From positions 59,184 to 123,183 of the forward strand of contig CACMZL010000005.1 of assembly GCA_902618205.1 (NCBI GenBank): 64,000 nt of DNA, in the 5' to 3' direction. The position numbers were made by a program, and so were the translations under genes. The notes beneath the pieces are model-generated. The model made no database searches and was not told the origin of the DNA. It saw only the letters and a list, made by a program, of their open reading frames with translations. Positions 10,076-20,485 of this stretch are shown here, piece after piece. How positions within the stretch are numbered: position 1 is the first letter of the stretch; each line of letters begins with the position of its first letter. The stretch is from an uncultured Pelagibacteraceae bacterium (GTDB taxonomy: Bacteria > Pseudomonadota > Alphaproteobacteria > Pelagibacterales > Pelagibacteraceae).

Positions 10076-11650
10076 TTATATTCCTTTCACTTTTTGATGT
10101 TTAATATTTTGAGATGGTGCTTTTTTCTCACGTTTTATAAGCATTTTATTCAATGCATTTAAATATGCGTTTGCTGATGCAACTAAAGTATCTGTGTCAG
10201 CTGATTGACCCACTGTAGTCCTATCGTTTTCCTCAATTTTTACGCTAACAGTTGCTTGAGCATCTGTGCCTTCTGTTACTGCGTGTACTTGATAAAGAGA
10301 TAATTTTACATCGTGAGGAAATAATTTTTTTATACATTTAAATATTGCATCAACCGGTCCATCCCCTGTTTCTGTAGTATTTTTAATATCGCCATATACA
10401 TCTAATGTCATTTCGGCTTTTTGTGGTTCTCCTGTGCCAGCAAAAACTTTTAAAGATTTCAAATTAATTGCATTTATTTTATTATCTACAATTAAACTAT
10501 CATCAACCAGCGCAACTATATCCTCGTCGTATATATGCTTTTTTTTATCAGCTAAAACTTTAAATTTTCCAAATGCAGCTTGGATAATATCGTCTGTAAG
10601 ATCTGAATAACCTAAGTCGGATAATTTATCTTTAAAAGCATGTCGTCCTGAATGTTTTCCCATAACAAGCGAGGTTTTTTTAACACCTACGCTCTCTGGA
10701 GTCATAATTTCATAAGTTTCTCTATTTTTTAGCATTCCATCCTGATGAATTCCCGACTCATGTGCAAAAGCGTTTTTTCCAACTATTGCTTTATTAAATT
10801 GAACTGGGAAACCGGTTGCATTTGAAACAATTTTTGAAGCTTTGCTTATTAATTCTGTTTTAATTCCAGTATTATATGGCATCAAATCATTTCTTGTTTT
10901 AATTGCCATAACTACTTCCTCTAAAGCAGCGTTACCTGCTCTCTCACCTATTCCATTAATTGTACATTCTATTTGTCTTACACCCTCTGAAACTCCAGCC
11001 AATGCATTTGCCACTGCTAAGCCAAGATCATTGTGACAGTGTGCAGATAATATTGCTTTATCTATATTTGGAACATTATTCTTTAAGTGTTTAATTGTTT
11101 TTGCAAATTCTTCAGGAATAGAATAGCCAACAGTATCTGGAATATTAATTGTTTTAGCCCCACATTTAATTGCAAGTTCAACAGTTTTACACATAAAATC
11201 CATATCTGTTCTTGTTCCATCCTCACAAGACCATTCAACATCATCAGTAAAGTTTCTTGCATATGTTACACTTTCTTTTATTGCATCTAGAACCTGATCA
11301 TTTGTCATTTCAAGTTTGTGTTTCATATGTAAAGGACTTGTAGAAATAAAAGTATGAATTCTAAATCTTGGAGCATGTTTCAACGACTCATGGCATGCAT
11401 CAATATCTTTTTTTAGTGCTCTAGAAAGACCACATGGAATTGAGTTTTTCATTATTTTACTTATTTCAGAAACTGCCTCAAAATCTCCTGGTGATGCTAT
11501 TGGAAAACCAGCTTCGACAATATCTATTCCCATTTCATCAAAAACTCTAGATATCTGAATTTTCTCCTCGACACTCATAGATGCGCCTGGCGATTGCTCA
11601 CCATCTCGCATAGTCGTATCAAATATGTATAATTTTTCTTTATCTGACAT
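10076..11650 (-). CDS. leuA: 2-isopropylmalate synthase
   Basis: IFDTTMRDGEQSPG, HCHNDLG, GIGERAGNA, HESGIHQDG, C-terminal regulatory domain GDGPVDA. Confidence 0.97.
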   Translation of the reverse strand: MSDKEKLYIFDTTMRDGEQSPGASMSVEEKIQISRVFDEMGIDIVEAGFPIASPGDFEAVSEISKIMKNSIPCGLSRALKKDIDACHESLKHAPRFRIHTFISTSPLHMKHKLEMTNDQVLDAIKESVTYARNFTDDVEWSCEDGTRTDMDFMCKTVELAIKCGAKTINIPDTVGYSIPEEFAKTIKHLKNNVPNIDKAILSAHCHNDLGLAVANALAGVSEGVRQIECTINGIGERAGNAALEEVVMAIKTRNDLMPYNTGIKTELISKASKIVSNATGFPVQFNKAIVGKNAFAHESGIHQDGMLKNRETYEIMTPESVGVKKTSLVMGKHSGRHAFKDKLSDLGYSDLTDDIIQAAFGKFKVLADKKKHIYDEDIVALVDDSLIVDNKINAINLKSLKVFAGTGEPQKAEMTLDVYGDIKNTTETGDGPVDAIFKCIKKLFPHDVKLSLYQVHAVTEGTDAQATVSVKIEENDRTTVGQSADTDTLVASANAYLNALNKMLIKREKKAPSQNIKHQKVKGI

Positions 11651-11661
11651 CGTAAATTTTT

Positions 11662-11698
11662 AGCTCGAGCATAATACATGCTCTCGCTCAGATTGCAA
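11662..11698 (-). promoter_or_regulatory. Putative leuA promoter (TTGCAA-N16-TATTAT) overlapped by the inverted repeat GAGCAT-N5-ATGCTC
   Basis: Seen directly; the repeat extends to AGC-GA-GAGCAT-gtatt-ATGCTC-GA-GCT on the minus strand. Confidence 0.45.
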
Positions 11699-11727
11699 AA
11701 TAAATTGGTTAATTTAACCCAATTTTA
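11696..11727 (-). terminator. Weak AT-rich hairpin after ilvC
   Basis: Minus strand aaattggg-ttaa-a-ttaa-ccaattt followed by attttg. Confidence 0.3.
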
Positions 11728-11735
11728 ACATGAAA

Positions 11736-12776
<1,041 letters not shown>

Positions 12777-13325
12777 TTATTTAAATATTTCTGCACCTCT
12801 TGTCATAGCTACGGCTCCTGTTCTTGAAACACTCACTAATCCGAATTTTTTTAAATCCTTTGACATTTTGTCTATTTCTCGTCTTAAAGCTGTTATTTGA
12901 ATAACATTCGATTTTTTTGTTTTGTCTAATAATATAGGATTATATTTTTTACAAGCTTTCAGTGCACCTTCTAATTTATTATTTGAACCAACAATTTTAA
13001 ATAACGCCATCTCCTTAAAAATGACTGCTTTATCTTCTCTTTTAAAATCTGCAACTTTATGAACAGGCACAAGTTTTCTTAATTGAAGCTTAATTTGGTT
13101 AACAACTTGCGGTGTACCTGTGGTTACAATTGTTATTCTTGATATTTTTAATTTTTCATCAACTTGGGCAACTGCTAAAGATTCAATATTATAACCTCTG
13201 CCAGAAAATAGACCAACTACTCTAGCCAATACACCAGCTTCATTATCCACCCAAACGACTATTATATGTGTATCAAATTTTTCTTTTTTATTTGAAAAAC
13301 TATACGCTGATTTTGAATTAGGCAT
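12777..13325 (-). CDS. ilvH: Acetolactate synthase small subunit
   Basis: ACT domain DNEAGVLARVVGLFSGRGYNIESL; C-terminal SRTG. Confidence 0.95.
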   Translation of the reverse strand: MPNSKSAYSFSNKKEKFDTHIIVVWVDNEAGVLARVVGLFSGRGYNIESLAVAQVDEKLKISRITIVTTGTPQVVNQIKLQLRKLVPVHKVADFKREDKAVIFKEMALFKIVGSNNKLEGALKACKKYNPILLDKTKKSNVIQITALRREIDKMSKDLKKFGLVSVSRTGAVAMTRGAEIFK

Positions 13326-15091
13326 TAAACTAAGGACTTACCTTTGCCAGTAATCTTCTTACTTTCTTGATCTTTGGGCCCTAAAATCATCTGATTATGA
13401 GGCTTTCCTGATGGTATCATTGGAAAACAATTTTCTACTTTATCAACCATACAATCAAAAATTACAGGTCTATCTATATTCAACATTTCAATAATTTTAT
13501 CGTCTAACTCTTCTGGAGTTTTTGCTCTTATACCAACGCAGTTATATGCTTCTGCTAATTTAACAAAATCTGGTAGAGCAGCAGTATAACTTTCAGAGTA
13601 GTTTTTATCATGCAAAAGTTCTTGCCATTGTCTAACCATTCCCATGTATTGATTATTCAATATAAATATTTTAATCGGAAGGTTGTATTGTACAGCTGTA
13701 GACATCTCTTGTATTGTCATTAATACTGAAGCTTCTCCTGCAATATCAATAACTAATTTTTTTGGATGAGCAACTTGTACTCCCACTGCTGCTGGTAAAC
13801 CATATCCCATAGTACCTAAACCACCAGATGTCATCCAACGATTTGGTTTATTAAATTTATAATGTTGTGCGGCCCACATCTGATGCTGTCCTACCTCAGT
13901 TGTAATGTAGGAATCTTTGTCTTTAGTCAATTCATATAATCTTTCAATCGCATACTGAGGTTTTATTGTCTCTTCACTTTCGATATAATCCAAAGATCTA
14001 ACCGACCTCCATTTTTGAATTTTTTCCCACCATTTAGAAGTTTTTTGTTTATTTGATTTTAAAAATTTCGATTTTTTTTGTTTTAAAATTTTTAAAGTAG
14101 ATGAAAGAACAGTTTTTACATCTCCTACAATAGCTAAATCAACTTTAACATTTTTATTAATAGACGATGGATCTATATCAATATGAACTTTTTTTGATTT
14201 TGGAGAAAATTCATCTATTTTTCCTGTTATCCTGTCATCAAAACGTGCACCAATATTAATCATTAAATCACAGTCGTGCATTGCATTATTTGCTTCGTAA
14301 GTTCCATGCATACCTAACATTCCTAAAAATTGATTATCATCGCCTGGGAAGGATCCTAATCCTTGTAAAGTTGATGTAATAGGAAAGCCTGTTGCATAAA
14401 CAAGTTCTCTTAAAAGTTCACTTGCCTTGGGTCCAGAATTAATCACTCCACCGCCAGTATAAAAGATAGGTTTTGAAGATTTACTCATTAATTCAATTAA
14501 TTCATCAATGCTGTTTTGATTAAAATGATTGTGAGACTTTCCATTTAGTTTTTTTTCTTTTTTGGGTTTCTTATATTTTACTTTTTGAAATTGAATATCT
14601 TTTGGTATATCAACTAAAACTGGTCCGGGTCTGCCCGTTGTAGCTACCTCAAATGCTTTATGTATTGTGCTAGCTAAATCATTTATATCTTTGACTAACC
14701 AATTATGTTTTGTGCAAGGTCTAGTTATTCCAGTAGTATCGCATTCTTGAAATGCATCTGTACCAATTAAGTGAGTTGGAACTTGTCCTGAGATACAAAC
14801 TAGTGGAATAGAATCCATATACGCATCAGTCAAAGCTGTAACTACATTTGTTGCACCTGGTCCTGATGTTACTAAAATAACACCTGGTTTACCTGATGAT
14901 CTTGCATATCCTTCTGCAGCATGACCTGCACCTTGTTCATGTCTAACTAAAACATGTTTGATAGATTGAAAATTTTGTAATTCGTCATAAATTGGAAGCA
15001 CTGCACCGCCTGGATAACCAAAAATATGATCTACATTTTGATCCTCCATACATTTAAATACGATTTCAGCTCCAGAGTATAATTTTGACAT
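13325..15091 (-). CDS. ilvB: Acetolactate synthase large subunit
   Basis: FGYPGGAVLP, RHEQGA, TSGPGATN, WMTSGGLGTMG, LGMHG. Confidence 0.97.
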   Translation of the reverse strand: MSKLYSGAEIVFKCMEDQNVDHIFGYPGGAVLPIYDELQNFQSIKHVLVRHEQGAGHAAEGYARSSGKPGVILVTSGPGATNVVTALTDAYMDSIPLVCISGQVPTHLIGTDAFQECDTTGITRPCTKHNWLVKDINDLASTIHKAFEVATTGRPGPVLVDIPKDIQFQKVKYKKPKKEKKLNGKSHNHFNQNSIDELIELMSKSSKPIFYTGGGVINSGPKASELLRELVYATGFPITSTLQGLGSFPGDDNQFLGMLGMHGTYEANNAMHDCDLMINIGARFDDRITGKIDEFSPKSKKVHIDIDPSSINKNVKVDLAIVGDVKTVLSSTLKILKQKKSKFLKSNKQKTSKWWEKIQKWRSVRSLDYIESEETIKPQYAIERLYELTKDKDSYITTEVGQHQMWAAQHYKFNKPNRWMTSGGLGTMGYGLPAAVGVQVAHPKKLVIDIAGEASVLMTIQEMSTAVQYNLPIKIFILNNQYMGMVRQWQELLHDKNYSESYTAALPDFVKLAEAYNCVGIRAKTPEELDDKIIEMLNIDRPVIFDCMVDKVENCFPMIPSGKPHNQMILGPKDQESKKITGKGKSLV

Positions 15092-15127
15092 TCAGACAAT
15101 CTAGCTGAAGTTGTGCTAATAGGTCAA
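15092..15127 (-). promoter_or_regulatory. Putative leaderless promoter for ilvB: TTGACC-N18-TAGATT-N6-ATG
   Basis: Minus strand TTGACC tattagcacaacttcagc TAGATT gtctga ATG; no Shine-Dalgarno sequence. Confidence 0.55.
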
Positions 15128-15132
15128 GCAAT

Positions 15133-16053
15133 CTATGCTAATTTATGAAATTTTTTTAAAAATGATTTAAGTCTATTAAATTTTAATTTTTTCCAATCAG
15201 ACATTTGTCCTCTTGCCCAAGTAGACTGTCTCTTGGCATATTGCCTTGTTTTTATTGATATTTTTTCTTTCAGTTCATTAATATTTATTCTTTTGTCTAG
15301 GTATTCTTTAATCTCACTTAGACCAATAACTTTATTTGATGATAAATCTTTGTTAATTTGTAATTTATAAAACCTCTTAGCCTCTTTTATTGCCCCATCT
15401 CTCAACATTTCATTTGTTCTTAATGAAATTCTCTCAAGTAACTTATCTCTGGGATAATCAATATGTAACTTTATGAAACTGTCTTGAGTAAAATCGGAAT
15501 ATGTTTCATTATACCAATCAAACAATGATTTATTCGTAAACTTTTTTACTTCATAGGCTCTTATTGATCTTTGTGTATCATTTTTGTTAATTTTTTTTTT
15601 GCAAAGTGGGTCAAGTTTAATAAGCTCAGAGTAAAATTTAATTTGTCCTATTTTTGATTGTTTTTTTCTTATTCTATTTCGAATAGTAAATGGAATATCT
15701 GGGATCTTAACTATACCATCGATAAGAGCTTTAAAATACAAACCAGTGCCTCCGACAAGAATTGGAATTTTGTTCTTTTTCTTAATATTATTAATTTTTT
15801 TTTTGGCATCCTTAAGCCAATTTCCCGTAGAATAATTTTCCTTTACACTTTTAAATCCATATAAATGATGTTTTATATTTTTTAAATCATTTGGCTGTGG
15901 TCTTGCTGTCAGAATATTTAATTCCTTAAATATTTGCATACTATCTGCATTTATGACTTCTCCATTTATTTTTTTTGCAAGCTGAATAGCAAATTTTGAT
16001 TTTCCAGATGCTGTAGGTCCTGAAATAAGAATTATTTTGGACTTTAAGTCCAT
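15133..16053 (-). CDS. miaA: tRNA dimethylallyltransferase
   Basis: GPTASGKS, NADSMQ, VGGTGLY, TRQYAKRQSTW. Confidence 0.96.
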   Translation of the reverse strand: MDLKSKIILISGPTASGKSKFAIQLAKKINGEVINADSMQIFKELNILTARPQPNDLKNIKHHLYGFKSVKENYSTGNWLKDAKKKINNIKKKNKIPILVGGTGLYFKALIDGIVKIPDIPFTIRNRIRKKQSKIGQIKFYSELIKLDPLCKKKINKNDTQRSIRAYEVKKFTNKSLFDWYNETYSDFTQDSFIKLHIDYPRDKLLERISLRTNEMLRDGAIKEAKRFYKLQINKDLSSNKVIGLSEIKEYLDKRININELKEKISIKTRQYAKRQSTWARGQMSDWKKLKFNRLKSFLKKFHKLA

Positions 16054-17471
16054 TAATTTAGTTTAACACCAATATATCGTCTTTGGTTATTATTATTGTA
16101 AATTGCAATAAGTAAACTTTTATCATTACTTTTTAGAGCTAGTTTTACAATGTTATCTAAATCACCAATGGTGTTGATCTTTTTCTTTTGTGCTTCAACA
16201 ATAATATTATTTACTTGAAGATAGTTAACAGGGCTATCTTTATCGATTTCTGTAATAACTAATCCTGTAGTATTTTTTGGTAAATTTCTTTCTTTAATAT
16301 CATCTTTAGTCAGTAATCTTACTTTTATTTTTAACCCATCAATTGTATCCTCTTTAGGTTTTTCTGTTACTAAACCTTGGGATTTAAAGTCTTCAGATGT
16401 TTCTAGCCTTCCAAGTATAATTTCTTTTGTTATTTCTCGTTTATTTCTCCAAACTTTGAGTTTTACTTTTTTTCCAACTTCAGTTTCTGCAACTATTCTG
16501 GGAAGTTCACTCATTTCATTAATTTTTCTACCATCAAATTCTAAAATTATGTCTCCAGCTTTAATTCCTCCTTTATCTGATGGACTATTTTCAGCTACAC
16601 TAGCAACAAGTGCTCCTCTTGGTTCGTCTAATTTTTCAACATCTGCAATGTCTTTTGTTACAGTTTGGATTCTTACACCTAGCCATCCTCTTTTGGTTTC
16701 ACCAAATTCTATTAATTGATTAATTACTTTTTGTGCACTATTAGAAGGAATTGCAAAACCAATTCCAATTGAGCCCGATTGACCTAATATTGCAGTATTA
16801 ATTCCAACTACATCACCATCCATGTTAAACAATGGACCTCCTGAATTACCTTGGTTTATAGATGCATCAGTTTGAATATAGTCTTCATATCTAGAAAGAC
16901 CTATACTTCTGTTTCTTGCAGAGATTATTCCTGCAGTTACTGTACCACCTAAGCCAAATGGATTTCCAATTGCAATAACCCAATCACCTATTCTTGCAGT
17001 ATCAGAGTCTCCAAATTTAACTGGGGTAAATTTCTGATCTGACTCTATTTGAAGAACTGCCAAATCCATACCAGGATCAGCTCCAATTACTTTTGCCTTT
17101 ATATTTTTTTCGCCATTAACTCTAACAAAAACATCTTCTGCGCCCTGTATCACGTGATTATTTGTAATAACAATTCCTTTTTCATCTATTATAAAGCCAG
17201 ATCCAAGCGCACTTGTCTGTCGCTTTTGAGGAGTTCCATAATCTTTGAACATGTCTTCAAAAGGAGAACCTGGAGGAAATTCAAATGGAAATGGATTTGA
17301 CCTTGTAGTTATTGTTGTCGTAGTAGAGATATTTACGACTGACGGCATTAATTTTTCAGCTAGATCTGCAAAAGATGCAGGCATATTTGCTGCATTAGTT
17401 GTATTTTGAATATTAATTGAAAATAATATTAGTAAAAAAATCTTTATGAATTTCATCTTTTTAAGTACCAA
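16053..17471 (-). CDS. degP: Periplasmic DegP/DegQ (HtrA) serine protease; start possibly 17456
   Basis: Signal peptide, LGSGFII, TNNHV, DLAVL, QTDASINQGNSGG, two PDZ domains. Confidence 0.94.
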   Translation of the reverse strand: MVLKKMKFIKIFLLILFSINIQNTTNAANMPASFADLAEKLMPSVVNISTTTTITTRSNPFPFEFPPGSPFEDMFKDYGTPQKRQTSALGSGFIIDEKGIVITNNHVIQGAEDVFVRVNGEKNIKAKVIGADPGMDLAVLQIESDQKFTPVKFGDSDTARIGDWVIAIGNPFGLGGTVTAGIISARNRSIGLSRYEDYIQTDASINQGNSGGPLFNMDGDVVGINTAILGQSGSIGIGFAIPSNSAQKVINQLIEFGETKRGWLGVRIQTVTKDIADVEKLDEPRGALVASVAENSPSDKGGIKAGDIILEFDGRKINEMSELPRIVAETEVGKKVKLKVWRNKREITKEIILGRLETSEDFKSQGLVTEKPKEDTIDGLKIKVRLLTKDDIKERNLPKNTTGLVITEIDKDSPVNYLQVNNIIVEAQKKKINTIGDLDNIVKLALKSNDKSLLIAIYNNNNQRRYIGVKLN

Positions 17472-17638
17472 ATAATAAAAAAACCAATCACTGCAAATAT
17501 TAATCCACCAGTTCTTAATTGATTATCAGTGGCTTCTTTTAATTTCATAATCATATTTTTCATTTTTGATGGAAATATGGCGTAAAGAATACCTTCAATA
17601 AAAAGAAATAGACCAAATGCAATGATCAATTCTCTCAT
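17453..17638 (-). CDS. DUF2065 small membrane protein
   Basis: GLFLFIEGILYAIFP...LRTGGL; conserved position after hflC. Confidence 0.85.
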   Translation of the reverse strand: MRELIIAFGLFLFIEGILYAIFPSKMKNMIMKLKEATDNQLRTGGLIFAVIGFFIIWYLKR

Positions 17639-17643
17639 TAAAA

Positions 17644-18513
17644 TTACTCTACTTTTTGATCAATATTTCCGAAAAATTTAAAAAATTCACTATCTGGTGA
17701 AAGTATCATTGAAGTTTCACCGCCAATTAAAGCTTTTTGGTATGCCTGCATGGCTCTATAAAATGCAAAGAATTCAGGGTCTTGTCCGAAGGCATTAGCA
17801 AAAATTTTATTCTTTAAACCGTCGCCTTCTCCTTTCATAATCTCAGATTTTTTCTGTGCATCTGCAAGTATAACTGTTACTTCTTTATCAGCAGTTGAAG
17901 TAATTGTTACTGCCATTTCTGCACCTTTTGCTCTAAATTCTTTTGCTTCTCTTTCTCTTTCAGTTTGCATCCTTCTAAAAATTGCATCACTGTTTGCTTG
18001 AGGAAGATCTGCTCTTTTTATCCTTACATCAACAATACTAATACCAAAATTTTCTGCTTCATTATTTACACCTTCTTGAATTAATGACATTTGTTTTGTT
18101 CTATCTTCTGATAAAAGTGTTTGTAGTTCTTGCTGACCAAGCACGTTTCTTATTCTAGAATTTATAATAGTAGCTAATCTTGATCTTGCAACTCTTTCAT
18201 TTCCAACAGATATATAAAATTTAAGAGGATCAATTATTTGAAATCTCGCAAAGGCATCGACGATAAGTCTTTTTTGATCTGATGCAATCACTTCCTCAGG
18301 TGGTGTATCAAGATTTAAAATTCTTTTATCTAAAAATACAACGTTTTGTATGAATGGAATTTTAAAATTAATTCCAGGTTTGGAAATAATTCTTTTAGGA
18401 TCTCCAAATTGAAGAACAATAGCTTGGTTAACTTCTTTTACAATAAAAACAGAAAAGTATATTGTTGCAGCAATCAGTATAATTATTGGTAATAAAAATT
18501 TTCCCGCTTTCAT
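17644..18513 (-). CDS. hflC: FtsH modulator HflC
   Basis: SPFH domain, VRIKRADLP, RMQTEREREA, FFAFYRAMQAY. Confidence 0.96.
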   Translation of the reverse strand: MKAGKFLLPIIILIAATIYFSVFIVKEVNQAIVLQFGDPKRIISKPGINFKIPFIQNVVFLDKRILNLDTPPEEVIASDQKRLIVDAFARFQIIDPLKFYISVGNERVARSRLATIINSRIRNVLGQQELQTLLSEDRTKQMSLIQEGVNNEAENFGISIVDVRIKRADLPQANSDAIFRRMQTEREREAKEFRAKGAEMAVTITSTADKEVTVILADAQKKSEIMKGEGDGLKNKIFANAFGQDPEFFAFYRAMQAYQKALIGGETSMILSPDSEFFKFFGNIDQKVE

Positions 18514-18514
18514 T

Positions 18515-19606
18515 TTAATTAGTTCCTGTCTTTAATTCTTGTAAAGGCAAGTATGGCACTACACCTTCACCTGAATTTTTATCGATTATTATTTTATTAA
18601 TATCAGCTAACACTTCTTCCATTGTCTCAAGATACATTCTTTCTTGAGTTACTTTTTTGGCTTTTGCATACTCATTATATATTGATAAAAATCTACTTGC
18701 TTCTCCTTCTGCCTTAGCAACAACCTCTTTTTTATAAGCTTCTGCTGCTTGTAGAATTTTTGCTGCTTCTCCTCTTGCTCTTGGGATTACATCATTAGCA
18801 TATGCTTCTGCTTCGTTTTTAGATCTTTCCATATCTGCTCTTGCAGCTTGAACATCTCTGAATGCATCAATAACTTGGTCTGGTGGATCTGCTTTTTGAG
18901 TTTGAACTTGTGTAATTTGAATTCCACTTGTGTATTCATCTAAAATTTTTTGAATAATTTCTTGAGTATCAGCTTCTATGAGAGATCTACCTTCGGTCAA
19001 AATTGGTTGAATATCAGATCTTGCAATTACTTCTCTCATTGCTGTTTCTGCAGCTGCTTTAACTGTTCCTTCTGGATCTTGAATTTTAAATAAAAAATTA
19101 CCAGCATCTTTGATTACCCAAAATACTGAAAAATCTATGTTAACTATATTTTCATCTCCCGTCAGCATTAAACTTTCTTCTGGAACGTCTGCCACTCCGC
19201 CTGAAGAAAATCCACTGTCTCTCTCTGACCTAAATCCAATATCCATTCGATTAACTTTTGTGACTTTAGGGGTTAATACATTTTCTATTGGAAAAGGAAG
19301 ATGGTAATTCAATCCTGGCTGTGTAGTTTTGACAAATTTTCCAAATCTTAATACTACTCCTTGTTCATCAGGTAAAACCCTATAAAGACCACTTAAAGTC
19401 CAAACAATTAAAAGAATTATAAGACCAATTATTATTGGTTTTGCACCACCTTTACCGCCACCTAAAAATTTATTTATTATTGATTGTAATTTACTTATAA
19501 CTTCATCAATATTTGGGGGAGTAGGACCTTTTCTAAATCCACCATTTCCACTACCACCTCCTCCTGGAGGTGTTCCCCATGGGCTTTGATTTCTAAAATC
19601 ACTCAT
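18515..19606 (-). CDS. hflK: FtsH modulator HflK
   Basis: N-terminal PWG/Gly-rich segment, MLTGDENIV, VIDAFRDVQAA, RMYLETME. Confidence 0.96.
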   Translation of the reverse strand: MSDFRNQSPWGTPPGGGGSGNGGFRKGPTPPNIDEVISKLQSIINKFLGGGKGGAKPIIIGLIILLIVWTLSGLYRVLPDEQGVVLRFGKFVKTTQPGLNYHLPFPIENVLTPKVTKVNRMDIGFRSERDSGFSSGGVADVPEESLMLTGDENIVNIDFSVFWVIKDAGNFLFKIQDPEGTVKAAAETAMREVIARSDIQPILTEGRSLIEADTQEIIQKILDEYTSGIQITQVQTQKADPPDQVIDAFRDVQAARADMERSKNEAEAYANDVIPRARGEAAKILQAAEAYKKEVVAKAEGEASRFLSIYNEYAKAKKVTQERMYLETMEEVLADINKIIIDKNSGEGVVPYLPLQELKTGTN

Positions 19607-19636
19607 AATAAGACACTCTATATAGTGTCTTTATTA
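19606..19636. promoter_or_regulatory. Inverted repeat AAGACACT-N6-AGTGTCTT in the hflK/mrp divergent spacer
   Basis: Perfect 8-bp arms at 19610-19617 and 19624-19631, extendable with one bulge (TAATA/TATTA). Confidence 0.5.
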
Positions 19637-19660
19637 GTAAAAACAAGATAATGGTAAATT

Positions 19661-20485
19661 ATGGACGAAAAAAAAGTAGGTTTAAGTGACACAACAAAGG
19701 CAAAAACTGAGCCAAAAACCTTCAGACGGAACCCAATTATTGGAACAAAGTTTACAATTGCAATATCAAGTGCAAAAGGAGGAGTAGGAAAGTCAACATT
19801 TGCCTCGAATCTTGCATTAGCATTAAAAAAAATGGATTTAAATGTTGGTTTGCTTGACGCAGATATATATGGACCATCATTACCAAAATTATTCTCAATA
19901 AATGAAAAGCCTGAAAGTGATGGGCAAAATTTAAAGCCAATTGTAAAATATGGAATTCAATGTATGTCTATAGGATTTTTAACAGATGAGCAAACACCAA
20001 TGATTTGGCGGGGTCCAATGGTAATTTCTGCGATAAAAACTTTTACACAAAAAGTTTTGTGGAAAAATTTAGATTTTTTAATTGTTGATATGCCTCCAGG
20101 AACTGGTGATACACAATTGACTTTTGCTCAAGAAATAAACATGGATGGAGTAATAATTATATCTACACCACAAGAAATAGCTTTACAGGATGTCAAACGT
20201 GGAATTAGGATGTTTGATAAACTTAAAGTAAAAATATTAGGGCTTATAGATAATATGAGTCATTTCATTGGAGATGATGGAAAAAAATACGCAATTTTTG
20301 GTGAAGGTGGAGTAAAAAAGACTGCTGAAGAATTTAAAAAAGATTTTATGGGAGAAATACCAATTGACCCTGAAGTAGGAAAGCAAGGAGATTTGGGTTC
20401 ACCTATTGTTGAAAGTAAACCAGACCATGAGATATCCAAAATATATTTTAAGTTTGCCGAAAAAATTAAATCAATTTATCTTTAA
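19661..20485 (+). CDS. mrp: Mrp/ApbC family P-loop ATPase, atypical (no CxxC, no N-terminal DUF59 domain)
   Basis: [41 protein letters not shown]. Confidence 0.92.
   Translation: MDEKKVGLSDTTKAKTEPKTFRRNPIIGTKFTIAISSAKGGVGKSTFASNLALALKKMDLNVGLLDADIYGPSLPKLFSINEKPESDGQNLKPIVKYGIQCMSIGFLTDEQTPMIWRGPMVISAIKTFTQKVLWKNLDFLIVDMPPGTGDTQLTFAQEINMDGVIIISTPQEIALQDVKRGIRMFDKLKVKILGLIDNMSHFIGDDGKKYAIFGEGGVKKTAEEFKKDFMGEIPIDPEVGKQGDLGSPIVESKPDHEISKIYFKFAEKIKSIYL

Noticed and set aside
11714-11729. TTAA-N7-TTAAC, a perfect CtrA-box match upstream of leuA
   Set aside because: Expected often by chance at this AT content; it lies within the post-ilvC hairpin, and leuA is not a typical CtrA target.
19610-19631. 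Possible CIRCE (HrcA) element before hflK
   Set aside because: CIRCE is TTAGCACTC-N9-GAGTGCTAA; the arm sequence and spacer length here do not fit. Kept only as an unassigned inverted repeat.
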